Source: Cyanophora paradoxa CCMP329 (lineage: Eukaryota; Plantae; Glaucophyta). Taken from it: a stretch of 64,000 nt of DNA. Numbering within the stretch: position 1 is the stretch's first letter; the number at the start of each line of letters is the position of its first letter. The stretch is taken from positions 116,030 to 180,029 of the forward strand of contig QPMI01000427.1 in the NCBI GenBank assembly GCA_004431415.1. The letters run 5' to 3'. This document shows positions 23,258-33,690 of this stretch, one piece after another. Under the pieces are notes generated by a model, which had not been told where the DNA came from, searched no databases, and saw only the letters and a list, made by a program, of their open reading frames with translations. Made by a program: the position numbers and the translations under genes.

Positions 23258-23488
23258 TTTATGATTTTAAAATGAGATTTGTATTTTTTAAAGCAAGTTT
23301 GTGCATGAGCAAGCATGCCGAAAATGCCCACCTGCACAAACTTGCGCACCCCATCGACAAAGTACGATGATCGACGAAGTACGACGATAGACCACGTTAA
23401 AATAAACTCGCGCCCCGCCCACTATGCAAGATACATGCAAACAACATGCGAGATACATATATAAATTGTTTTTCTCTTCCTATAATAA

Positions 23489-24298
23489 ATGAAGACTCAC
23501 TTTTACCATAAATATACCGGCAACAAGTATAATGAAATGGATACGATCTATCCATATATCGATTTAGAAGGAATTAATAAAGTTATAGAACCGTTTTGTG
23601 GTTCAGGTGCTTGTAGTTTCTATCTTTGGGAAAAGCATAAAGACCGGTTTGATTATTATATGAATGATAACGACGAAACCCATACCCTTTTTTTGAATAC
23701 AATGAAAGACCCAGACAATAAAGTTAAACTCTTAGAGAGTCTTAAACAGTTCGAAGCAGTTAGCAATATAGAAGAGCACAAAGAAGTCTATAAGAAGTTT
23801 CTACAACATGATCGTAAAGATGCAATGGATTACTTAGCTCACCATTTCTATCTTCTTAAAAACAGCATTTTAAATGTTAAAACCCTCCGTGATTTCAAAA
23901 AACGAAACGTAAAGGTGAGTCCATATACAACTCTTAAAAATAAGATACCTTACGATGATTTCATAAAAGAAGTCAACCTATCCCATGGGGATTTTCGCGA
24001 TATTGTAGCCAAATATAGAGATGATGAAGCGGCTTTTATATTTCTCGATCCTCCATACGTAAACAGCAATAATGACTTTTACGAAAATGTAGAATTCGAT
24101 TTAGAAACCTTCTTTTTGGATTTGGAAGACCTATTTAAGACAGCGAAATGCAAGGTTATGATGGTTGTAAATGATGCTCTTTTAATGAAACTACTATTTA
24201 AACCCTATATTCGCCATACGTATGGCAAAGTGTATGGTATAACAAAACGAAAAAGGGACCACATCATAATGACTAACTATGAACTTGGTGAAAAATAG
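23489..24298 (+). CDS. DNA N6-adenine methyltransferase, Dam/D12 class
   Basis: Motif I IEPFCGSGA, MND, motif IV FLDPPY, N-terminal YTGNK. Confidence 0.9.
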   Translation: MKTHFYHKYTGNKYNEMDTIYPYIDLEGINKVIEPFCGSGACSFYLWEKHKDRFDYYMNDNDETHTLFLNTMKDPDNKVKLLESLKQFEAVSNIEEHKEVYKKFLQHDRKDAMDYLAHHFYLLKNSILNVKTLRDFKKRNVKVSPYTTLKNKIPYDDFIKEVNLSHGDFRDIVAKYRDDEAAFIFLDPPYVNSNNDFYENVEFDLETFFLDLEDLFKTAKCKVMMVVNDALLMKLLFKPYIRHTYGKVYGITKRKRDHIIMTNYELGEK

Positions 24299-24329
24299 AG
24301 TAATTAAAATATTTGTTAAATAATTAATA

Positions 24330-24722
24330 ATGGATTCCCGATACCGCGGCTACCACGTTATGCTCGACTATATAACCGACCCGTTCACCGAGTCCCCGGA
24401 GGCATGCGCCGAGTGGATCACAGCGAACCTATCGCAATATATAACAGATCGCCAGATGCGCATCGTGCACCAGCACACATGCATTTTCGATGGCTCTAAT
24501 TCCCCTCCCGGTTTCGCGATTGGCTTTCTATTGGATGAGTCGCATGCGACGGCTCACTCTTATAGCGACCAGGGGCTATTAGCGATCGATATCTTTACAT
24601 GCGGGTCAAATGCCGAAGCAAAGACGATGGGTATAGCACGGGACATTAACGAACTCATTCAGGAAAAGCTGAAAGTTCGAAAGCGGGACTTACAGGTCGA
24701 GCAAAGGTTCCCAATTTCATAA
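24330..24722 (+). CDS. speD: S-adenosylmethionine decarboxylase proenzyme, short prokaryotic type
   Basis: GYHVMLD; self-cleavage site LLDE-SHATAH; IDIFTCG catalytic Cys; 130 aa. Confidence 0.9.
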   Translation: MDSRYRGYHVMLDYITDPFTESPEACAEWITANLSQYITDRQMRIVHQHTCIFDGSNSPPGFAIGFLLDESHATAHSYSDQGLLAIDIFTCGSNAEAKTMGIARDINELIQEKLKVRKRDLQVEQRFPIS

Positions 24723-24747
24723 AAAATGAAAAAAGCGACATATACAT

Positions 24748-25062
24748 TTAATGCTCCTTGATCGGAAACTTGCCCATTAGCGGGTGATCGAGACCCATGA
24801 CATACCAGGATTTCATAACGGGATCCCAGCGGGCTTTCTCAGCCTTCGCTTGATCCTTAAATTCATAAGGAATATCGAGGTAAACCTTCAAGTTTCTTTG
24901 ATACACTTGCTCATAGCTTAGAGTCTTGAACTGAGAGCATAGAGAGTGATCTTTCTTCGTGACATACCAGCATGAATTCTCACGATCCCACTTTCCACCG
25001 AGGGATTTCGCAACGTCTTTTTTATCAAACGGAATATCCACGAAATGCTTTTCACCCTCCAT
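24748..25062 (-). CDS. Tandem DUF5710-like domain protein
   Basis: Two copies: FVDIPFDKKDVAKSLGGKWDRENSCWYV and YLDIPYEFKDQAKAEKARWDPVMKSWYV. Confidence 0.8.
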   Translation of the reverse strand: MEGEKHFVDIPFDKKDVAKSLGGKWDRENSCWYVTKKDHSLCSQFKTLSYEQVYQRNLKVYLDIPYEFKDQAKAEKARWDPVMKSWYVMGLDHPLMGKFPIKEH

Positions 25063-25101
25063 CTCTTTTATATTTACCGGAGAAAATAATTTCGGGGTTT
25101 G

Positions 25102-26484
25102 TTATGAACGAGAAGACCGAAGAATGCGCGTAGTAGGGGCTGTGTAGCTTGCGCTCTGATTCTTGAATGATTTATACCACCGCTGACTGTTTACCTCAGA
25201 GAGCTTCTCAGTTCCCGCGATCGTTAATTTAGCGAGCTCCCTCAGCGCCCTCTTTGTCTTTTCTGCGCGATCTTCCAATAAAGCCCCTTTCGGAACACTT
25301 GTGGCGACATCTATACCTTCTTTTTGAACCTGCCGGATAGAGGAGGCTTCTATTTCGGCTGCTTTGATTGCGTTGCCTGATGGCTCCACCACAGCCTCGA
25401 CCTCTGTAATGATCTGCAATTCGTGCGGCTTAAAAAGCTTCGGCATTATGTTCCCCGCTGCATCTTGCACCTCTATCGCGTTTCCTCTCCTTCCCGCAAT
25501 TTTGTAGACCTCTCTGCTATACCTTTGTGTTGCTCCTTTATCAAACTTTGATCTCGGCAATAATACACGGACGTGGAGACCCGGCTTAAAGTCGCTGAAT
25601 ATATCCTTTACGATTGTGTTCTTCCTTGAAATAATAGCCGCTCTGATCCGCTCCATATCAGAAAGCTTAACATCTGCGGGTTTCATTCCTATGGTTCTGT
25701 GAATGGTGTTATTATAATTGAAAACGAAGTCGTCCAATTTGTCCATGAATCGAACTGTGTTATAAGCGACACAGTAATTGTTTATCATCGTTTTTAAGGT
25801 CAAATGAAAGCGATTCATTATTCCCAGAGAAGTGTGATCTCCGACCTGTTTAAAGCGGTGCTCTATTCCATTATTTTTTACGACCTCCTGAAACTCCTTC
25901 GCGATGAATTCCGAGCCGTTATCTGTCTCCAATCGAATCATCGGAGCCGGGAGCTCTGTGAGCATCTCCGCAAAAGCGGCGGCAACACTTGCGCCCTCCT
26001 TATTCTTTAACTTCTTGGCATATGCTTTTCGGCTCGTCATCTCGATGAGAGTAAGGACTGCAATGTAGCCGGAATTATAATTGCCATATGAGAGATAAAA
26101 GATGAGATCCGCTTGATAGCACCACGGCGGGGCTGTGATGGGAATAAAAGCTGTTTGGGTCGGTGCTGGGGGCTTCTTGTTGATCTGCATAAATTCTTGT
26201 TTCGCTGCGACATCTTGCACTTCTTTCAATGTGAGGCTCTTGTCCTCTTTTCTCAGCTCTTCGTACAATGCCGATGGGTTCTTAAAACCTGTCTTTGGGT
26301 CATACATGCGGCGCACGATCTTAGAGGACGGGTTAGCAATGCTAAAAGGAACATCTCCTAATAAATTTGATTTTGCTTGGCGTTTTGTGATTTTTTGGGG
26401 GACTTGCTCAGTTTCAGGAACCGCGATAGGTAGTATGGTGGTCTCTGTCTCCTCGCCCGCTACCCTTCTAACGATCCGTGACAT
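25102..26484 (-). CDS. Retroviral-type (rve) integrase of PLV-1
   Basis: YQADLIF (D), LETDNGSEF (D), GIMNRFHLTLK (E position reads N), YNNTIHRTIGMKP; homologous to 61103-62487. Confidence 0.92.
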   Translation of the reverse strand: MSRIVRRVAGEETETTILPIAVPETEQVPQKITKRQAKSNLLGDVPFSIANPSSKIVRRMYDPKTGFKNPSALYEELRKEDKSLTLKEVQDVAAKQEFMQINKKPPAPTQTAFIPITAPPWCYQADLIFYLSYGNYNSGYIAVLTLIEMTSRKAYAKKLKNKEGASVAAAFAEMLTELPAPMIRLETDNGSEFIAKEFQEVVKNNGIEHRFKQVGDHTSLGIMNRFHLTLKTMINNYCVAYNTVRFMDKLDDFVFNYNNTIHRTIGMKPADVKLSDMERIRAAIISRKNTIVKDIFSDFKPGLHVRVLLPRSKFDKGATQRYSREVYKIAGRRGNAIEVQDAAGNIMPKLFKPHELQIITEVEAVVEPSGNAIKAAEIEASSIRQVQKEGIDVATSVPKGALLEDRAEKTKRALRELAKLTIAGTEKLSEVNSQRWYKSFKNQSASYTAPTTRILRSSRS

Positions 26485-26502
26485 TCTTCTAATTAAACCT
26501 GT

Positions 26503-29500
26503 TTATTTTTTGCTGCAATTGCACCCGTGATGCACGAGCTGGCAATTGTCTTTAAGATGTGGGCGCCTGTTGTTTATGCGATCCACGACGAGCTTGTAAT
26601 TCGGATCTTGTGGCTCAGTCGGAATAGGAAGGGAACAGAGCGCACAGGCGCCCTTCTGTTGCTTCTTGCGCTCTAATATCCACTCCGGCGTAATATAATC
26701 CGCCTCATCGAAATCGCGCCCGGCACGCTGATCCTGGCATTTGTAACCGCGGATCTTCCCTTTCAGATACTCGATGTAGTCACTCTTTCCTTGGAACTTG
26801 TGAATCGGTGTATAAATCAGCACAGTAGACAGATCGCGGTTACGAGTGAGCGCGGTATAGAACCATTCGCGAGTGGTATAGCGGAACGTAGCCTCACAAA
26901 TGACAATGCCCGAATCAAGTGTGAGACCTTGCGTTGAATGACCTGTTCCTGCATAAGGGAGAGAAAAATGTTCTAACATCGCGCACGGAACCTCAAACGT
27001 GACACCATCGAAAACGTCCGTTAATGTGACCATTTGCTTTGTGATTTTGGTGATTCGATAGGTGTAATTCGTGTATGCGTTTATAGACTCGCCCTCAGAC
27101 CGCGAAATGCGTAGATACTTGCGGCAAACGACTTCCAAACCCTTGTAGAATTTGATGCCATTGACCTCTACGGTTGGGATATTTACTTTGCGTCTATCGT
27201 GCATCAGTTTGTTGTAGGCTAAGGTCATTTCGTTTCTGTAAGCGATGCCAAAGTAGCCGTCGGGAATAGCGCTTAGATCATTAATTGTCGGCAACCCGTA
27301 TTTCGAGATAATCTGTGCGGCTTCCAGTCCGTTCTCGAAGAGATCCTCTTTAATCGCCCGAATTAATTCACGGTCTGTCTCCTTCTTGTGCCGCTTGTTA
27401 TTGCGTAGACTCAGAACGTTAGGGAACATACTCTGCACCGCGCGCTTATAGTAGCCCTTGCGATCAGAAACCGAGAGCTCGTCATTAATTGGTTCATTTT
27501 GATAGGTGTCGCCATTAGCCAAATATTTGATATCCGGATAGCGATCGATAAACGACTTGATCTTAGCGAGATCTTTTACGGAATACGCGAATATCTCGTC
27601 GAACATAATGTGACTGAACTCGGAGACGAACGCCCTCTGGTCTTTTTCGCTCATAGCCTCTTCGTAGGTCTGATCATTTGAGACACGGATCCCGAGAACA
27701 TTATATAAAGTACGAACGGTAATATTCTCGATTCCGCGGACTTTGAGAGAGTCCCTCAGCTCCGCGCACTGTTTGTTATAGGGGCAAATAACTAAGCAAT
27801 TCGACTTTTGAGATGCGAAACAGTTAATACCGAGTGTCGACTTTCCACTTCCGGGCATGTCAGCAAGGACAAGCATACGATTATGGAGCTTCGCAACCCA
27901 ATTAAAGCACTCCGGATTAAATTCGTCCCTCAGCGAGAACCGGTTAATGAGTGTCTCGGGATCCTGAAATTCGAGAGTTACACCCCGCGGTGGGCGGAGT
28001 GCATTCTCAGGGCATCTTTTCCCGGGAATATAGCTGAATTTGCCCATGTTCTCAAACGCATTTCGGTCGAACTCTTTCTTACTTGTCCATGAACCTTCGA
28101 TATATAGGCAATCCGTTCTGATCCCGGCAACCTTGTGCCCGCGCGCTGTCAGGCGCTTGTATTGCGCAAACATATTAGCACGGTTACGATCGTAAATATG
28201 AAAGTGGATAGGAAGGAATCCGTTAACGAGCTCGCGGTGAGAGCTGATCTTAACGAAATAGATGTGACCTTCGAATTCGCTAAGAGCTTTGACACGTTTC
28301 GAATTCTTAGGATTGAAAGTAAACACCTCTACTGTTCCTCCGCATTCTTGGGCGAACCTCTCAGCCTCGGCACGGTTGTAGAACATTTTCGTGGATGTTT
28401 GCGAGTCTTGGAATTTGCCGAGCATTCCGATCTCTTTCACTAAAATGTGCTTCTTATCTGTGGTTTGAATGTCACTTGAAAGTACTTTCTTCATCTCCGA
28501 GATCGACGTATTGGGCACCAAATGCGAAGGCTCCGCGACCGCGATAATCTCTATCTTGTCCTTTACGTCCGCCCAATGCATGGAGAGAGTGTAGCCTGTC
28601 ATGAAATTATAACAGCGACCACTCACGGAAAATGCGCGATCCAGAATAATTTCGATTCCGTCAATCTTGCGAGACATGGCGGCATCATAATCAATGTCCT
28701 CGTCGTCGGCGAAAGTCGTTTGCTCTCTCTCAAACGCAACCACACGCACGTAGTAGATTGCGTATTCGAGAATATCGCTTCCCGCTTTAAAGGGAACGAA
28801 GTCATCGAATACATTGTATTTCGGAAGATATTGCATACCTTTCAGTATCGAAGGGTAGCACTTCGCCATATCGACAGCTGTGTAGGTGGCTTTCGGGTTC
28901 GGCTTATAGAAATAGCCGCTTAGTGCGGATCGCTTGTAGTGCGTGAGAATTTCGCGCATATTCGGACTGTAATGTGAGATATTCGTCGCATTTAGAAGCG
29001 ACTCGCGGAATCCCTTCCCGATTTCACAGACCTTATTATAATATTCTTCTGTCTCGAAATCTTGCTCAATAAAGTGGTCGGTTGTGCGTGGATCTTTGAT
29101 AGAGAACATGGAGCCATTAGCTTTGAATGTGATGCTGTCGATTTGTTTCGATGGTGTTAACTTCACAGCGGGCTCATATCGCATTTTCAGGAACGTAAAT
29201 AGAAGACCTTCCAGACCTTCACGCCCAGTATACAGAATGCGAATGAAACTGCGCTCGTCAGGCGATAGTTTTAATTGCGTGATCTTTAACAGATCCTTGG
29301 ATGTGTGCGCGAAGATATCGTGAGTAAGACACGTCGGAATTTTATAGAGTGCTAACGAAGAGTTCGACTTAGGAACATGATTATCGAGCTCTTCGACCTC
29401 CATCTTTGCCATGCGCATTTCGAGCGACTTGATGTTATCGTTGAATATATAGATATGCTTGTTGTGAATCATAAAGTGAATATTGCGGGGATTGATATTT

Positions 29501-30813
29501 TTGTTAATTGATTCTGCCGCGAATTTGTATACTAACTTTCCGTCGACATCAAAGACGCGGAAGCCTGTCTGGATTCTCTTACAGAATTTCTCAATATGGC
29601 GGAGGGTGAGAGCCAGAGAGTCGCCAGGTGTGCGTTCGCGACCGTGAAAGAATTTATAGAGACCGTCGTAGGACATAGTTAAGTCAGTATATCGCGGTTT
29701 TGGCGCCTCCTGACACTTCTTAATGGACGCTCCCCATGTGGAGATGATCATATCATAGCCGCAAGCGTTAGATGTCGATGATTTGGGGAGCTCAATAACA
29801 TCTTCGAACTCAGACGCGTTTGGATTTAATGTATAGTCTGTGAATTTGCTCATAATCGCGGTGCATCGCATACTGTCCATTAGCTCCTCATCCAGGAACT
29901 CATAGCGATTGCCAGGTATAGCGCCGGCTCCATCGTCCTCGACACCTTCGTCCCCATCGATCGCGACCTCATGAACAGTTATAAAGGCATCATCGACACT
30001 GCCGCCAAAATCATCGAAACCTTTGCGTAGTTTTTTCTGTTCCTCGGTTGGTGGTGTCTTAAAGAAGAACATCTCGTATGCTTGTCCGAAAGTTCCCAGA
30101 CCAATCTTCAATTCATCGTAGTTTTCGAGTAAATCGAAGATTGAATCTCTCTCTTCCGAATAATAACGATTTTGAGCGGTGAGAATTCCATACACTCTAT
30201 CGATTTTTGCCAGAGCAAAGTTTCTCAACACCCTCACCGAAACTGTCTCTCTTATATTCTGGTAGGTGACAAAGGTTTTGTCTTTTATATATGTTCCGGG
30301 AATTCCGGGAATAACAATTACCTCCGACGACCGAGCACCGGATCCGGGCGCCCACATCTTGAACGTAATTGTTGCGAGAGTTTCCGGATCGTATGCGGCG
30401 ATTGGGTCGAGAATAGTGCGTTTAATCGCATCCTCTACCGCTTTTAGTTTACCTCTCTGCTGCTTTGCTTCGAGCTTCGCTTCTTTCGCTCGTTTCTGTT
30501 CTTGCTTGCGATCGAAGCGCTGTAAACGCTTAGCCTCTTGTTCTTTTTGCTTCTGCTTTTCTATATTAACTTGGGTGCGAGCGGCACGCTTTTCTTTCCG
30601 CTCTGCCCTGCGGAAAACGCGGGGATTAATGATTCCATTCAGAGTATCCCGAATGTCGATCAGCGTTTGGAGCTTGGGCTTCCGATTCATTGTGTTGTGC
30701 ATCGCCCAATGCGCCTGTTCTTCGGTTAGCAAATCCTGACTCAATCCCTGCATAATGTATCCGATAATCTCCTCCCGAACATTGTTAGCGATTCTGTTGG
30801 CTGCGCGCGGCAT
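26503..30813 (-). CDS. Multidomain replication protein: divergent family B DNA polymerase + SF1 helicase + C-terminal HNH-like domain
   Basis: PolB-like VDMAKCYPSIL, KHILVKEIGMLGK, GIRTDCLYI; SF1 motifs DMPGSGKST, MFDEI, GDTYQNEPI, HSTQGLT, YTALTR; CALC...VDRINNRRPHLKDNCQLVHHGCN. Confidence 0.85.
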   Translation of the reverse strand: MPRAANRIANNVREEIIGYIMQGLSQDLLTEEQAHWAMHNTMNRKPKLQTLIDIRDTLNGIINPRVFRRAERKEKRAARTQVNIEKQKQKEQEAKRLQRFDRKQEQKRAKEAKLEAKQQRGKLKAVEDAIKRTILDPIAAYDPETLATITFKMWAPGSGARSSEVIVIPGIPGTYIKDKTFVTYQNIRETVSVRVLRNFALAKIDRVYGILTAQNRYYSEERDSIFDLLENYDELKIGLGTFGQAYEMFFFKTPPTEEQKKLRKGFDDFGGSVDDAFITVHEVAIDGDEGVEDDGAGAIPGNRYEFLDEELMDSMRCTAIMSKFTDYTLNPNASEFEDVIELPKSSTSNACGYDMIISTWGASIKKCQEAPKPRYTDLTMSYDGLYKFFHGRERTPGDSLALTLRHIEKFCKRIQTGFRVFDVDGKLVYKFAAESINKNINPRNIHFMIHNKHIYIFNDNIKSLEMRMAKMEVEELDNHVPKSNSSLALYKIPTCLTHDIFAHTSKDLLKITQLKLSPDERSFIRILYTGREGLEGLLFTFLKMRYEPAVKLTPSKQIDSITFKANGSMFSIKDPRTTDHFIEQDFETEEYYNKVCEIGKGFRESLLNATNISHYSPNMREILTHYKRSALSGYFYKPNPKATYTAVDMAKCYPSILKGMQYLPKYNVFDDFVPFKAGSDILEYAIYYVRVVAFEREQTTFADDEDIDYDAAMSRKIDGIEIILDRAFSVSGRCYNFMTGYTLSMHWADVKDKIEIIAVAEPSHLVPNTSISEMKKVLSSDIQTTDKKHILVKEIGMLGKFQDSQTSTKMFYNRAEAERFAQECGGTVEVFTFNPKNSKRVKALSEFEGHIYFVKISSHRELVNGFLPIHFHIYDRNRANMFAQYKRLTARGHKVAGIRTDCLYIEGSWTSKKEFDRNAFENMGKFSYIPGKRCPENALRPPRGVTLEFQDPETLINRFSLRDEFNPECFNWVAKLHNRMLVLADMPGSGKSTLGINCFASQKSNCLVICPYNKQCAELRDSLKVRGIENITVRTLYNVLGIRVSNDQTYEEAMSEKDQRAFVSEFSHIMFDEIFAYSVKDLAKIKSFIDRYPDIKYLANGDTYQNEPINDELSVSDRKGYYKRAVQSMFPNVLSLRNNKRHKKETDRELIRAIKEDLFENGLEAAQIISKYGLPTINDLSAIPDGYFGIAYRNEMTLAYNKLMHDRRKVNIPTVEVNGIKFYKGLEVVCRKYLRISRSEGESINAYTNYTYRITKITKQMVTLTDVFDGVTFEVPCAMLEHFSLPYAGTGHSTQGLTLDSGIVICEATFRYTTREWFYTALTRNRDLSTVLIYTPIHKFQGKSDYIEYLKGKIRGYKCQDQRAGRDFDEADYITPEWILERKKQQKGACALCSLPIPTEPQDPNYKLVVDRINNRRPHLKDNCQLVHHGCNCSKK

Positions 30814-30900
30814 CTCTATTAGTTCTTTTAAAATAAGCGGAGAAAATAATTTTACCGCAATCTACCAAATCCTCCTTTTCATACCCTTGTTGTTAATTCC

Positions 30901-31392
30901 TTAAATGCTTTTTGACCGATCCGGGGAATAAAAAGGGAGGTAAAAATGAGTCATTTTTTGCATCGTACGGATACGTTTCACTACGGATTTTGTACATTCT
31001 CGACGACATGCTTTCGGGTCTCCCAGCGGGCTTTTGCGGCTGGGCTTCACCGGCGGGTTCAGCTTTCGTTCCGCTCTTTTTCTGCGTTGGTATTCCCGTG
31101 CCTTTTCTCTGATTTTCTCCCGATACTCTTCATCGTCTTGGTATCGCTGCTGTTTACGAATTGCGATCTTTTGTAGCTGCTCCGGGGTAAATACGGTCGC
31201 TTCCCCTGCGGCTAATCGCTCTTGCTTTTGTCTCTGATGCTTGTTTCGCTGCCGCTCTGCATCTTTCTCGCGTTTTAGTCGTAATCTCTCGGCTTTCTCC
31301 TCTTCTGTGATCACCTTTTTCGGTCTCCCGGGTCTGCGCTTTTCTTGCTGTGCCGCCATTGCCTCTTGGTTTGAAATCTTGGGTTTCGCCAT
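30901..31392 (-). CDS. Basic coiled-coil protein with AT-hook-like RPGRPKK, homologue of 54069-54473
   Basis: ITEEEKAERLRLKREKDAERQR vs LTDDEKAEKLRLKREQDAQRKR. Confidence 0.8.
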   Translation of the reverse strand: MAKPKISNQEAMAAQQEKRRPGRPKKVITEEEKAERLRLKREKDAERQRNKHQRQKQERLAAGEATVFTPEQLQKIAIRKQQRYQDDEEYREKIREKAREYQRRKRAERKLNPPVKPSRKSPLGDPKACRRECTKSVVKRIRTMQKMTHFYLPFYSPDRSKSI

Positions 31393-31493
31393 TTACTATA
31401 ACCGGAGAAAATAGTTTTTTGTCACTCTGTATTATTTCCCTTGCCCTTATATACCTTTTACCGAAACCTTCAATTTTTGCCCTCGGATCGATC

Positions 31494-31889
31494 TTAATAA
31501 TCGTTCCAGACAGGTTGCGGCTCCACGTATTCGTAATTTCCATCGTTGCCCGAAGCCATTCCATCGAGGGTGAGCATCGGATAAGGGGAATCAGCGCGAA
31601 AATGCCCACCCAATATCTCAGGACATGAGCGCCTTCTAATATACTCTACGTTTACGTCCTCTATCTGAGCGGATTCGATATTGGAACTCATAGCCGCGGG
31701 CACAGGCGACCCCCTTCGCGATCTTGGCGGGGCGTTCGTGTCAGTGTTCGAAATAACAGATAAGCGACGACCCCCATTGTCTTCGCCATCCGATATTTCA
31801 ATTTCTACGGTCGTGTCACAGCAAGGGCTGTGGCAATTAGACACTACATGAAGCTGAAACATTTCAATGCACTGACTGATAAAGTTCAT
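31494..31889 (-). CDS. Conserved hypothetical protein, homologue of 53415-53687
   Basis: EMFQLHVVSNCHSPCCDTTVEIEISD vs EMFSLHVVSNCHSGCCETTVEFEMSD. Confidence 0.8.
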   Translation of the reverse strand: MNFISQCIEMFQLHVVSNCHSPCCDTTVEIEISDGEDNGGRRLSVISNTDTNAPPRSRRGSPVPAAMSSNIESAQIEDVNVEYIRRRSCPEILGGHFRADSPYPMLTLDGMASGNDGNYEYVEPQPVWNDY

Positions 31890-32088
31890 CTTCTATAAAG
31901 AGTCGCAATAAAATAATCCTATGGTAACAGGAAATGAGGCTGTTACTTGCTCGTGTGTTCCCATACGAGTTAGTCGATCTTATAATGCTGTTTACAGAAC
32001 CCACATGCCCGTTTTGCAAGGGAGTCCACATAAAGACCCGCTCTAAATACGGGCGGGTTCAGCTTTGCCTTGCGGATATTCACAGTCA

Positions 32089-32772
32089 TTAGCGGATATG
32101 GCGTTTACCACCGAGCATTGCGGCATAATTCACGGGTGCGGTCGGCACAATATGTGCATATTGCGGGGCAACCGATTGCTGTCGAGTTACGGCTTGCGCA
32201 TCTGTCTTTTCCTCCTTTTTAATCTCCTCTACGTCGACTTTTTGCTTTAATCCGAGTTTGGAGATCTCTTTCTTCACGAGCCCCTTTAATTTCTTGCGTT
32301 CGTTATAATCTTGCATCCATTTCTCGTAGTTAGAGACTTTCATTTCAAGGTCTCGCACTTTCTCTTCGAAGCTCATGACAACGTCGACAGGAACCGTGTG
32401 TTTTTGATAGGATCCGCGCTTTTTAAGCTCGGTTTCGGCGGCTTTCGGGACGTCTTGCGTTTTGTGCTGGCTTGCGACAACTTGCGCTTTAATTACTTTG
32501 TCGGTTGCTTCATCAACAGAGCCGCCTCCAATCTGTGGTTTTACAGTAGCTAAATCGTCCATTTGGCGTTTACCGCTATCTTGGTTTCCCTTGTCCGCGG
32601 TGGCACTCGCAATAATCGCCTCTTGCTTGGCGACCTCCTCTGGCGAAGTGTCTATAAGATATTCGGGCATTTCGAGACCGCCACCCGACGTTAACCCAGA
32701 CTCTTCAAGTCCGCGATTAGGATTACCAGAAGCGACAGTTTGAATGGTTTGAGGCTTCTTTCGGTAGACCAT
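32089..32772 (-). CDS. Conserved hypothetical protein, homologue of 52658-53392
   Basis: KVRDLEMKVS...ERKKLKGLVKKEISKLG vs KLKDLEAKSS...ERAKLKEMLRKEVYKMG; same position after the ATPase. Confidence 0.75.
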   Translation of the reverse strand: MVYRKKPQTIQTVASGNPNRGLEESGLTSGGGLEMPEYLIDTSPEEVAKQEAIIASATADKGNQDSGKRQMDDLATVKPQIGGGSVDEATDKVIKAQVVASQHKTQDVPKAAETELKKRGSYQKHTVPVDVVMSFEEKVRDLEMKVSNYEKWMQDYNERKKLKGLVKKEISKLGLKQKVDVEEIKKEEKTDAQAVTRQQSVAPQYAHIVPTAPVNYAAMLGGKRHIR

Positions 32773-32774
32773 GA

Positions 32775-33640
32775 TTATCTTCTCTTACATTTGATTAACA
32801 TTTTCTTTTTCTTAGGCGAAATTTGCGAAAGTTTGGGGATACCTTCAAGCTCACGCTCAAATTTGGATAAAGTTTTGCATACAGTTGTCGAATCTTTGAC
32901 AGGCGGCGGTTTTGATGCTTGCTCTTCTTGTTGTTTGCGCTTCTTTTCTTCAAAAGCCGCCCGCTTGTGGAATTTAGTAAACGGATGGTCATCGATCATA
33001 TCGGCTTTTTCGACCCACCATCGCACAGAATACCCGGTATTATCGTGAATGATCGCTTGGTAGCTATGACAGAATTCTTGGAACATGCGCTTAAAACTCT
33101 CTTTATCCATGTTCCCGAACTCTTCGTGATATGCTTCAAACTCTCGCATGTTTGACCAGCTTAGGAATATGATATACTCCGCATTGCTGCGAATGATCGT
33201 TGAAAGCTTTGTTAGTTTCTGCGATATTAAAGCCACGGAACAAAACGTATGACGACCTTGCGCCATCATTTATTTAGCAAATGATCGCGCGAAAGATCGA
33301 TAGTTCCGGACTCCAAACAATCGTCGAGCACGATAAGAATATTCTTTGGTTTCTTACCCGCGATGATGGCTTTTTTGCGGGCTTCTATGATCGACTCTAC
33401 ATATTCCGGTTTCCAGGTGTCATGTACTTCGTCTGTTATTTGACCCCAGAAACCGTTAAAACTCGTAGGACAGAAAACCAGAACATACGAGATCTGATCT
33501 TCGAGTTCTTTGATCAGCCACTTTAAGAATACCGATTTACCACAATTGGTTTTCGCCAATAGGAGAAATCGTGCGGGAAGTTTCACCCTCTGTTTCGGGT
33601 TCCATTCTTCGAGATCCATGGGCGTCGTCCCTTTTTGCAT
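32775..33640 (-). CDS. A32/FtsK-HerA genome packaging ATPase (one frameshift near 33268)
   Basis: Walker A AKTNCGKS, Walker B LIVLDD, then QGRH...ISQK...IRSN in the second frame; homologous to 51848-52543. Confidence 0.88.
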
Positions 33641-33690
33641 TCTTTCACTATAAAAACAATAGAAAAATAAGACTGAATGTGGTAATTGGT

